From Spirochaetota bacterium (GTDB lineage: Bacteria > Spirochaetota > B62-G9 > DRHN01), in contig JAFGTF010000145.1 of NCBI GenBank assembly GCA_016934265.1, positions 5,643-69,642 on the forward strand: a stretch of DNA of 64,000 nucleotides. Reading direction: 5' to 3'. Position 1 is the stretch's first letter; each line of letters begins with the position of its first letter. Below are positions 38,831 to 47,186 of the stretch, piece by piece. The translations under genes were made by a program, and so were the position numbers. The notes under the pieces are model-generated. The model did not search any database, was not told the origin of the DNA, and saw nothing but the letters and a program-made list of their open reading frames with translations.

Positions 38831-39373
38831 ATGATAAATCAGAGGTGGTTGCTCCTGCCGGCGGCGTTGTTTTTGTTTTCCTGCGCGAGCGTTGCAGACA
38901 GGGAGGGGGGCGCGATAAGGGTCGTGAAGCGTGTCGATCTCGACCGGTATATCGGCAGGTGGTACGAGATAGCCCGTCTCCCCAACAGCTTCGAAAAGGG
39001 GCTCGTCTGCACGACCGCGACCTACTCGATAAAGAAGAATGGAAAGATCGGTGTCGTTAACGAAGGAAGGAAGGGATCGAGCGAGGGGCGATCGAGCCGT
39101 GCGACGGGGACCGCATGGGTTGTCGATCCGGAAGAGCCCGGAAAACTGAAGGTAACTTTTTTCTGGCCCTTTGCGAGCGATTACTGGATCATCGCGCTCG
39201 ATTCCGAGGAGTATAGGTACGCGATGGTCGCGGGTTCGGACAAGAAGTACCTCTGGATCCTCTCGAGAGAGCCGGTTATGGATGGCCGTCTCTATGACGA
39301 GCTCGTGGAATCGGCACGAATGATGGGTTTCGAGACGGACCTTTTATACAAAGTACCCCAGGTCTGCGACTGA
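38831..39373 (+). CDS. blc: bacterial lipocalin (Blc family) lipoprotein
   Basis: Lipobox LFSCAS and the lipocalin SCR1 motif DLDRYIGRWYEIARLP. Confidence 0.75.
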   Translation: MINQRWLLLPAALFLFSCASVADREGGAIRVVKRVDLDRYIGRWYEIARLPNSFEKGLVCTTATYSIKKNGKIGVVNEGRKGSSEGRSSRATGTAWVVDPEEPGKLKVTFFWPFASDYWIIALDSEEYRYAMVAGSDKKYLWILSREPVMDGRLYDELVESARMMGFETDLLYKVPQVCD

Positions 39374-39753
39374 ATAGGTAGAGGCCAGGCGGTCAGGGTC
39401 GTTATAGCAACCGTAATCCATGGGCCGGTGTGGCATCGTTTGTTTTCTTCCTACTATTTTACAGGCATCTCCCCGCTCTTTCGAGGTCTGCGATTGTGTT
39501 CTGGTATGCAGGGCTCATACGCGTTTTCTCTTGGATACTGTTTTTTTCCACGCTGAAGCGGATCGAGACGTGCCGGGCGTTCGCAACCTCGGGACCATTA
39601 TTTAGTGAAAGCCGGACATGGAACAGAGTGCCCGGCGGCTTTTTGATCGTCTTTTCCCTAATATTCTGATAGGTGCGAAGAGGGAAGGATAAAAATCCTT
39701 TCTTTACAATATTCTATTAACTATAATAGTACCAGAACCTAATAACGGAGAAG

Positions 39754-40071
39754 TTGGGGAGTTTATCGTTGTTCGACTATGTGGATTTTACCGAGGTTCC
39801 CGGCGATTCGAGAGGTCACGAGTTGAAGCTGTTTGCTCTCTCGACATGCGGTTTCTGTAAACGGGCGATCGCCTTTTTAAAGGAGAATGAGGTCGGGTAC
39901 TCGTATGTATATGTCGACAGGTTGCAGATGGGAGAAAAGAAGAGGGTAAAAGACGAGTTCTATAAACGTTTCATGACGCAGATGCTCTATCCCGCCCTGG
40001 TGATCGACGGCAACGATACGCTTGTCGGTTTTACCGAGGAAGCGTGGAAACAGAAACTCGGAGTGGAATAG
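39754..40071 (+). CDS. glutaredoxin-like/thioredoxin-fold protein (CGFC active site)
   Basis: C-x-x-C motif STCGFCKRA in a Grx-like fold of about 100 aa. The start is ambiguous: TTG at 39754, TTG at 39769 or GTG at 39781. Confidence 0.6.
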   Translation: MGSLSLFDYVDFTEVPGDSRGHELKLFALSTCGFCKRAIAFLKENEVGYSYVYVDRLQMGEKKRVKDEFYKRFMTQMLYPALVIDGNDTLVGFTEEAWKQKLGVE

Positions 40072-40095
40072 CGCCGCCTCCGGAGGGAGAGGGGG

Positions 40096-40440
40096 ATGAA
40101 ACATAAGAGGAAAACAAAAGAGGATGTGAAGCTGTTCGTCGAGCAGGTTTCAGTCCATAAGGGATGGAAGCTCCATCCCGACCCCTTGTTCCTCGATTAT
40201 CTCATGGAGGGACTCACGGTCAATTACAACAGGTACGGGTATTTCCAGTGCCCGTGCAGGGATTCCTGGGGAGAAAGGGAAAAGGACGGCGACATCGTAT
40301 GCCCCTGTGACTACTGTGTGCCGGACCAGTCGGATTACGGGCACTGTTTCTGCGGCCTCTTTCTGACCGTAGCGTTCTCGGAAAGCGGTAAAATCCCGCA
40401 GAGCATCCCGGAACGGAGACCGCCCGAGCGGTATCCGTGA
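40096..40440 (+). CDS. ferredoxin-thioredoxin reductase catalytic-subunit-like protein
   Basis: CPC-x(n)-CPC-x2-C-x(n)-C-x-C pattern (QCPCRDSW...VCPCDYC...HCFCGLF), diagnostic of the FTR beta fold. Confidence 0.6.
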   Translation: MKHKRKTKEDVKLFVEQVSVHKGWKLHPDPLFLDYLMEGLTVNYNRYGYFQCPCRDSWGEREKDGDIVCPCDYCVPDQSDYGHCFCGLFLTVAFSESGKIPQSIPERRPPERYP

Positions 40441-40525
40441 TCGGACCCGGGTTCGACGGGGGTTTCTACCGTCTTCGGCATTCTCAGATCGGTACCACAC
40501 CACATGACGGGAGGATAAAATAAGA

Positions 40526-41749
40526 ATGCAAGATTTCGAGTTTCAGAATTCGACAAAAATCATTTTCGGCCGCGGCAAAGAAAAAGAGGTGGGTGACGTC
40601 ATAGCGGGGACACGAGATCCGTCCGACGGTCGAGTACTCTTCCATTACGGGGGGGGAAGCATCAAACGCGTGCCACAATCGAAGCAGGGCGAAAAGAAGA
40701 GCCTCTATGACCGTATATGCGCTTCGCTCGATTCGGCGGGCATCGAGCGAGTGGAGCTTGGCGGGGTCAAGCCGAACCCGAGACTGGGCCTCGTAAAAGA
40801 GGGGATCGAAATATGCCGTGAAAAAAAGATCGGTTTCATACTCGCGGTCGGAGGAGGGAGCGTTATCGATTCTGCCAAGGCCATAGCGGCGGGGGTCCCG
40901 TACGGCGGCGATGTGTGGGACCTGTACTGCGGGAAAAAGATGGAGGCGGCACTTCCCATCGGTGTCGTGCTCACGATCCCGGCGGCCGGCAGCGAATCGA
41001 GCAACGGGTCCGTTATAACCAACGAGGATGGGTGGTACAAGCGCCCAGCCATTTCGGAGCTTTTAAGGCCCAGGTTCGCGATATTGAATCCCGAGCTCAC
41101 CTTTACCCTGACACATGAGCAGACGATGATCGGAATCGCGGATATTACCGCTCATCTCATCGAGCGATATTTTACCACCGTATCCCATGTGGACGTCTCG
41201 GACCGGTTGATCGAGGGAACGATGCTGGCGGTGGTGGAGAATTCGTACAAGCTCCAGAAAAACTCCGAGGATTACGATGCGCGTGCCGAGATCATGTGGG
41301 CGGCGACCCTTGCGCATAACGACCTCTTTTCGAGCGGACGGATCGGGGACTGGGCCTCTCACAATATCGAGCACGAGCTGAGCGGGATATATGACGTACC
41401 GCACGGCGCGGGGCTGAGCGTCATTATACCGGCGTGGATGAAACATATAGTACGGAAAAACCCGGCACGGACGGCTGGTAAACTCGCCCAGTTCGCCGAG
41501 CGGGTGTGGAACGTCGAGCCTGCCGGTACGAAACCGGCCGACCAAGCGTCGGTCGCGGACGAGGGCATCGACAGGCTGAAAGCGTACTACCACGGCCTCG
41601 GGCTTCCAACATCCCTTCGCGAGCTCGGTGTTCCGTCCGACAGGTTCGAAGAGATGGCCAAAAAGGCCACCGAGAACGGGCCTCAGGGCAACTTTTTTGC
41701 GTGTGACGAAGAAGATATCATGGAGATATTCCGATTTGCGGAAAAATGA
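40526..41749 (+). CDS. iron-containing alcohol dehydrogenase
   Basis: Fe-ADH family pattern (GGGS.D.AK...). About 407 aa with a strong RBS. Confidence 0.85.
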   Translation: MQDFEFQNSTKIIFGRGKEKEVGDVIAGTRDPSDGRVLFHYGGGSIKRVPQSKQGEKKSLYDRICASLDSAGIERVELGGVKPNPRLGLVKEGIEICREKKIGFILAVGGGSVIDSAKAIAAGVPYGGDVWDLYCGKKMEAALPIGVVLTIPAAGSESSNGSVITNEDGWYKRPAISELLRPRFAILNPELTFTLTHEQTMIGIADITAHLIERYFTTVSHVDVSDRLIEGTMLAVVENSYKLQKNSEDYDARAEIMWAATLAHNDLFSSGRIGDWASHNIEHELSGIYDVPHGAGLSVIIPAWMKHIVRKNPARTAGKLAQFAERVWNVEPAGTKPADQASVADEGIDRLKAYYHGLGLPTSLRELGVPSDRFEEMAKKATENGPQGNFFACDEEDIMEIFRFAEK

Positions 41750-41882
41750 CGGTAAACGGTGGATGACAGAGGGGCATGCGTGCGTCGGAACAGCAGCAGG
41801 CGGTCGGCGGTTTTCCGGGTAGCGGTAGCGCGCCTTTGGGGGCGACGCGGGCACCTCGCGGCGGAGGGTGGGGAGGGAACGG

Positions 41883-42266
41883 TTGAATACCTATACGATC
41901 GTACGGCCTGAGCATCTCAATCATCACGGATACCTGTTCGGCGGTCAGCTCCTCAAGTGGGTCGATGAGAATGCATGGCTCACCGCGGCCCGCGATTTTC
42001 AGGGGTACGTGCTCGTCACGCGGGCCATGGACAGGATAGAGTTCGCAACGCGGGTGGCGAACGGGTCGATCCTCAGGTTCAGCATACTCCCCGAGCGGCA
42101 GGGGAGCACCTCCGTAACATACGGTGTGGAAGTCTTTGCAGACGAGCCGGGGGCTGCCCGGGAGAAGCGCGTATTCTCCACCAGAGTGGTCTTCGTCTGT
42201 GTGGATAAAAGCGGGAAAAAGAGAAGGCTGCCGAAAAAAGAGAGTTACAGATCCCGTGTAGAATAG
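41883..42266 (+). CDS. acyl-CoA thioesterase (hotdog fold)
   Basis: HLNHHGYLFGGQLLKWVDE matches the YciA/4HBT-type hotdog motif. TTG at 41883 with a GGGAGGG RBS; the frame opens at 41868 (GTG). Confidence 0.65.
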   Translation: MNTYTIVRPEHLNHHGYLFGGQLLKWVDENAWLTAARDFQGYVLVTRAMDRIEFATRVANGSILRFSILPERQGSTSVTYGVEVFADEPGAAREKRVFSTRVVFVCVDKSGKKRRLPKKESYRSRVE

Positions 42267-42369
42267 TCTTTGCCGCCCGTATGTCACGTGCATCTTTACT
42301 TTTAGGGTAATATCGTATATATTTCTTTTTGGGGATAGACAGGCATCGGATAGGACAGAGGATGAAAGG

Positions 42370-43104
42370 ATGAAGAAGACGTTTGAAAAGCTGAAAGTAC
42401 TTCAGGAGATACTTCTGAAGGAGTTCGGAGTCGAGGCGGAGCTCGAGGAGATACCGAGGGAGCTAAACGAGCTGAAGCGCAGGTTCGCAAAGGCGGAGAG
42501 AAGCATCAGCGAGATGGAAACCGCCCGGAAGGACAACGACAAGAAGCTTAAGGAGCTGGAAAAAGAGAAGGGCGAGCTTTTACGCGGCAAGGAGAAGTAC
42601 GAAGGACAGATCGCTCTTATCAAGACCCAGAGAGAGTACGAGGCGATAACGAGTGAGATCGCCCAGATCGACGAGAAACTCGGGATTATCGATGAGGGGG
42701 AGCTGGGTGCGGTCCAGGAGATAGAAAAAGTCGACAAGGAGATCGACGAGAAAAAACAGCTGTACGAAGACCTCAAAAAGGATATAGCGGAGAAGGAAAA
42801 GGAGGTCAAGCAGCTGTCCTCCAAGAAACAGAAAGAGCTTGACAAGCATCTGAAAGAGAAGGATAAGACCTCTTCCGGCCTCGATGAGGAGATCATGTAC
42901 AAATTCGAAAAGATCGTGAAAAAGAAGGACGGAGTAGGAATCGTATCGATACGGAATGGAGTGTGCATGGGGTGCAACATGCTGCTGCCGCCCCAGTTCG
43001 TTAACGATGTGAGGAGAGAGGAGTCTATCATCTTTTGTCCGAACTGTTCCCGGATACTCTACTACCATGATCTTGACACTGCGGCTGAAGAAGTCGTGCT
43101 GTAG
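42370..43104 (+). CDS. zinc-ribbon domain protein with long coiled coil (COG1579-like)
   Basis: Extended heptad/charged coiled coil, then a C-terminal C-x2-C...C-x2-C ribbon (CMGCNM...CPNC). Confidence 0.6.
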   Translation: MKKTFEKLKVLQEILLKEFGVEAELEEIPRELNELKRRFAKAERSISEMETARKDNDKKLKELEKEKGELLRGKEKYEGQIALIKTQREYEAITSEIAQIDEKLGIIDEGELGAVQEIEKVDKEIDEKKQLYEDLKKDIAEKEKEVKQLSSKKQKELDKHLKEKDKTSSGLDEEIMYKFEKIVKKKDGVGIVSIRNGVCMGCNMLLPPQFVNDVRREESIIFCPNCSRILYYHDLDTAAEEVVL

Positions 43105-43122
43105 ACGAAACGGGAATATTCG

Positions 43123-43542
43123 ATGATCGAGGTATATATCGACGGCGGCAGCAGGGGAAACCCGGGAGACGGTGCGGTCGGATACGTGGTTCTTAAAGAC
43201 GGGGATGAGGCGTACCGGTACGGGGAAAAGATCGGACGGTGCACCAATAATGTGGCCGAGTACAGCGCACTGATAGGCGCACTCGAATATCTTAAGAAAA
43301 CGGCCTCCGGCGGGGGGGAGCCTGTTATCGTCTATTCCGACAGCGAGCTTCTCATTATGCAGATGACGGGCAGGTACAGGGTGAAGAGCGGGATGCTGAA
43401 ACCGCTGCACGGACGGGCCGCAAAGCTGCTTGAGGAAATGAAGGATGTGCGCCTGGTTCATATCGGGCGTGTAAAGAATAAAACCGCCGATTGGATCGTC
43501 AACAGGGTTTTAGACGGCCGGGAGTATAAAACAGACCTGTAG
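43123..43542 (+). CDS. rnhA: ribonuclease HI
   Basis: RNase H fold motifs: DG-s-x-GNPG near the N-terminus, NNVAEYSALI, and a C-terminal catalytic D. 139 aa. Confidence 0.85.
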   Translation: MIEVYIDGGSRGNPGDGAVGYVVLKDGDEAYRYGEKIGRCTNNVAEYSALIGALEYLKKTASGGGEPVIVYSDSELLIMQMTGRYRVKSGMLKPLHGRAAKLLEEMKDVRLVHIGRVKNKTADWIVNRVLDGREYKTDL

Positions 43543-43951
43543 ATCGGTCGCTTGAAGATCGAGATCGCGGCCTGCAGGGTTTCTACCCCGCAGTCTGTCA
43601 CCTGCTTCGCAGGGAATCCGCTTCGCGGATTTTTTCGATCTTTTAGAGGAAAGTCCGGGCTCCTAAAGGGCAGGGTGCTGGGTAACTCCCAGGGGGAGTG
43701 ATCCTACGGAAAGTGCAACAGAAAACACACCGCTTGTGTTATGTGACTTCCGGTCACATACACTACAGGTAAGGGTGAAAAGGCGAGGTAAGAGCTCACC
43801 GCCTGGAATGGCGACATTCCAGTGGCTTGTAAACCCCACCCGGAGCAAGGCCAAATAAACAGGCATAAAGTGGTCCCGCTTATGCCTCACGGGTAGGCCG
43901 CTTAGATAGATGACCGTTGAAACAGAACCCGGCTTACTACAGGTCTGTTAT
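43528..43951 (+). ncRNA. rnpB: RNase P RNA (bacterial type A)
   Basis: Universally conserved P4 strands AGGAAAGUCCGGGCUCC (about 43646) and ACAGAACCCGGCUUA (43922-43936), and the J11/12-P12 AGGGUGAAAAGGCGAGGUAAGAGCUCACC. A perfect 13-bp P1 helix pairs 43530-43542 with 43937-43949. Confidence 0.85.
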
Positions 43952-44005
43952 ATTTTCCACGCTTTCTGAAACTGCGCTTCCCACTATTACCGACAGGAAA
44001 CCGAC

Positions 44006-44947
44006 ATGTCCGATTACCGCATAGAGGAAAACATAGAGACCGGCCGCGTCAAAGAAGACGACCGCTTTTTCTTCGAGCACCTGTCAGAAAAGGGCCGCTC
44101 CGAAGGCCGGTTCGTCAGGCCCCCGCTTTTTGTATCGGAGAAAAAGGAGTATCTGTTAGTCTCCGGAAGCGATGCAGTCGAAAGAAGCAGATCCGGGAAT
44201 ATCCCGATACGGTACGGTTTTGTCGTCGTTCCCGGTTCCGACAGGCGGGAGCTCGTACGATCGCTCGTTCGTATGAAGAGGGAGCTTTACGGATTCAACC
44301 ATGTCGAAAAGGCGCTTGCACTCAAGAGTTACAACGAGGCTTGCGGGGAGGTGGATGAGGGGTTTCTTTCGCTACTTGATATACCGAAGAGCGAAAAGTA
44401 CATACAAGGGTACCTGTCGCTCGCCGAAGCCCCCGGTGCGCTGAAGGAACTAGTAGTAACGGGCGAGGTGGACCTCCTTACGGCGTTCGAAATATTTTCA
44501 TTCGAAAGGGAGCACTGGGACGCCGCCGCCGGGTTCATATCGAAAATAAAACTCGGCACCAAGAAAAGGAACAGGATTCTGTCGATGATCAGGGATATCG
44601 CTCTTCGGGACGGGACGAAACCGGAACGTATCATGGGCTCGCCCTCGATACGGCGGATACTGGCGCTCGAGATCGATCCTCCGCATAAGGGGCAAAAAGT
44701 GTCGGAGGCGATAGAACAGATACGGTATCCGGAGATGACGGCGTACGTAAAGAAGTTTTACGAACGGTTGCGAAAGGTGGATCTCGACCCGGCCTTGACC
44801 CTTACCGTGCCGCAGGACTTCGAGCAGTGGAGATTTTCGATCAGTTTTACGTTCTCTTCGATAGACGAGTTTGAGAAGAAAACGGCGCTTCTCGAACGCC
44901 TCGGTTCAGGGAGCGCCTTCGGCGAGCTCTTGGGATTCAGATACTGA
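44006..44947 (+). CDS. hypothetical protein (weak ParB-like N-terminal resemblance)
   Basis: 313-aa ORF. The LLVSGSDAVERSR segment vaguely resembles the ParB GERRWRA motif. No confident assignment. Confidence 0.3.
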   Translation: MSDYRIEENIETGRVKEDDRFFFEHLSEKGRSEGRFVRPPLFVSEKKEYLLVSGSDAVERSRSGNIPIRYGFVVVPGSDRRELVRSLVRMKRELYGFNHVEKALALKSYNEACGEVDEGFLSLLDIPKSEKYIQGYLSLAEAPGALKELVVTGEVDLLTAFEIFSFEREHWDAAAGFISKIKLGTKKRNRILSMIRDIALRDGTKPERIMGSPSIRRILALEIDPPHKGQKVSEAIEQIRYPEMTAYVKKFYERLRKVDLDPALTLTVPQDFEQWRFSISFTFSSIDEFEKKTALLERLGSGSAFGELLGFRY

Positions 44948-45302
44948 GGTTCTTTTCGACCTCGGAAAGGAGCTCGCTGAGATCTTTTTTCAGCTCGTCC
45001 AGTATCTGTTTGACAGAGCTGTCCTGTTTTCCGAGCAGTATCTTCCACAACACTTTCTTTGCCCCCGCTATGCTGTACCCCTTCTGATAGAGAAGGTCCT
45101 GAATGCTTCGGATGATAAATATATCCCGTTTTGTGTATAGACGGTGCCCGGCTTTGTTCTTCATGGGCTGGAGAAAGGGGAACTCTTTTTCCCAGTATCG
45201 CAGGACGTACGGTTTTATACCCGTAAGGTCCGAGACATCTCCGATTGCGAGAAAGCTAAGAGAGTCAGCCCTCTCGTTTTCCAATTCTACTTTCTTCACC
45301 AT
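44937..45302 (-). CDS. MerR family transcriptional regulator
   Basis: HTH region LAIGDVSDLTGIKPYVLRYWEKEF is the MerR signature. ATG at 45302; the ORF frame extends to 45440. Overlaps the plsY 3' end by about 38 nt. Confidence 0.65.
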   Translation of the reverse strand: MVKKVELENERADSLSFLAIGDVSDLTGIKPYVLRYWEKEFPFLQPMKNKAGHRLYTKRDIFIIRSIQDLLYQKGYSIAGAKKVLWKILLGKQDSSVKQILDELKKDLSELLSEVEKNLSI

Positions 45303-45885
45303 GTAACAGTCTCTGTATATTCGAGATATGCCTCGCAAATACCGCAGCTGTGAGGAGCAGGGAGAACACGATTGTATACACGTCCGTTTTGCCTCTGAAG
45401 TAGAGGACGGCGTTGTAAATTGAAAAGACAAACGCTGCACACAGCGATCCCACGGAAACGTATCGGAAGGCTGCGAGGAGTATACCGAACGTTATGAGGG
45501 CGCACAGCGCTGCAAATGGGCTGATCGCGATAGCGACGCCGAGACCGGTGGCGACCCCCTTTCCTCCCTTGAAACGTAAAAAAGGGTTGAAGATATTGCC
45601 GATGAGCACAAAAATCCCCATGACAGGTCCGGAAATAGCGGGGAACTCGAAAAAAGGGGACAGGTACCGTGTTGCGGCCCAGGCTTTAGCCACATCGACG
45701 ATCAGAACGACGAGCCCGAGCGTGACCCCTGATGTGCGGAGGACATTGGTAAAGCCTATATTTCCGCTTCCGTGCTCCCGTATATCTATTCTTTTAAAAA
45801 GCTTGGCGAGCAGGTAGCCGGTGGGTATCGCCCCTACGAGCAGGGCGATAACGACCGGCAGGACAATACGTACGGTCACGATCAT
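45265..45885 (-). CDS. plsY: glycerol-3-phosphate acyltransferase PlsY
   Basis: HGSGNIGFTN and FKGGKGVATG motifs in a membrane protein of about 200 aa. Confidence 0.9.
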   Translation of the reverse strand: MIVTVRIVLPVVIALLVGAIPTGYLLAKLFKRIDIREHGSGNIGFTNVLRTSGVTLGLVVLIVDVAKAWAATRYLSPFFEFPAISGPVMGIFVLIGNIFNPFLRFKGGKGVATGLGVAIAISPFAALCALITFGILLAAFRYVSVGSLCAAFVFSIYNAVLYFRGKTDVYTIVFSLLLTAAVFARHISNIQRLLHGEESRIGKREG

Positions 45886-47186
45886 TTCCTTAAAATGACT
45901 TCTATCGGGACTCCGCTGAAAGGAAAGCTCTTTCTTATGGCATTGGTCATGAATCTGTTAAAATTATCGCTCTGTTTCACCGATTTATTAACGAAAAACT
46001 CGAAAATCGGAGGGGAGACCGCCTTCTGGTACCCGTATTTGATGCCCAGACCGTGATGAGTATATTCCTTCAAGAGATCGTTCAGCTCCGACGTTCGTAT
46101 CGACCTCGTATAATTCCGGTAAACCGTTATAATAGCATTCAACAGTGTGGTTTTATTATACCCCGTCTTTGCAGAGACCGGAATCACATCGGCGTATCGA
46201 ATATGAGGAAAGTTGTAGTAGACGGTTTCCACGAACTCTCGAAGTTTTACACCCTGCTTTTTTGCGATATCCCACTTGTTGGCTGCGATAACAAGCCCCT
46301 TTTTCTCCCTGGCAACTACCGATGCGATCTTTTTGTCTCCCGTAGTAATGCCGCTGGTTGCATCGATAAGGAGTACGGCGACTGATGACTGCTTTATCGC
46401 CGCTTCCGCCCGCACGATGCTGAAGAACTCGACGCTTTTGAGGTTTTTTTTCTTTTTCCTGATCCCTGCGGTATCGATTAATGTCAGAGTCGTGCCGGAA
46501 AAAGCCACCATCTCTTCCACGGTATCACGCGTGGTGCCCGGTTCGGGTGCGACGAGGGATCTTTCATGCTGGACGATGAGATTGAGCAGTGACGACTTGC
46601 CGACATTCGGCTTTCCGACTATAGCGACGGTGATCCCGCTTTCTTTCTGAAAGGGCAGCCCGCCCTGCTTTTTTGTCTCGTCGCCGCACCCGATTTTTAC
46701 AAGCTCCCGTCCGATCGCCTCATACAGCTTTTGGATGTTTCTCCCGTGCTCGGCGGAAACCGCCAGGGGCGCGCCCGTAAGCCCTAGCTCGTAGAATTCG
46801 ATCGCGGTCCGCTCGAGTTTTTCGTTGTCCGCCTTGTTGACGAGCAAAAGGTACGGTTTTCCGCTTTTACGGATGAGGCCGGCGATTTCGTAGTCCTCGC
46901 CGGTAGGGCCGTTGGTGTCGCAGGTAAAAATAACGAGCTGCGCCTCTTCGATCAGCTTTCGGTTGATCCGTACCGATAATTCTTTGTTATTCACGAATCC
47001 CGTCGAATCGGCGATCGTATAGGTAAGGTCTTCATGCAGGACGGTGCCGTAGTTTACATCTATCGTTACGCCCGGCTCGTCGAATACTATCGCCTTGCGC
47101 CGTCCGAGCAGACGGTTGAAAACCGAGGATTTCCCTACGTTGGGTTTCCCCACTATGGCTACTATAGGAAGGGTGCATTCATACAT
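45882..47186 (-). CDS. der: ribosome biogenesis GTPase Der (EngA)
   Basis: Two tandem GTPase domains (GKPNVGKSS twice, DTAG twice, NKxD twice) and a KH-like C-terminus. Confidence 0.9.
   Translation of the reverse strand: MYECTLPIVAIVGKPNVGKSSVFNRLLGRRKAIVFDEPGVTIDVNYGTVLHEDLTYTIADSTGFVNNKELSVRINRKLIEEAQLVIFTCDTNGPTGEDYEIAGLIRKSGKPYLLLVNKADNEKLERTAIEFYELGLTGAPLAVSAEHGRNIQKLYEAIGRELVKIGCGDETKKQGGLPFQKESGITVAIVGKPNVGKSSLLNLIVQHERSLVAPEPGTTRDTVEEMVAFSGTTLTLIDTAGIRKKKKNLKSVEFFSIVRAEAAIKQSSVAVLLIDATSGITTGDKKIASVVAREKKGLVIAANKWDIAKKQGVKLREFVETVYYNFPHIRYADVIPVSAKTGYNKTTLLNAIITVYRNYTRSIRTSELNDLLKEYTHHGLGIKYGYQKAVSPPIFEFFVNKSVKQSDNFNRFMTNAIRKSFPFSGVPIEVILRK

Noticed and set aside
42580-43461. 293-aa minus-strand ORF spanning the zinc-ribbon and rnhA genes
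   Set aside because: It is antisense to two well-supported genes and crosses their intergenic gap. It is a frame shadow.
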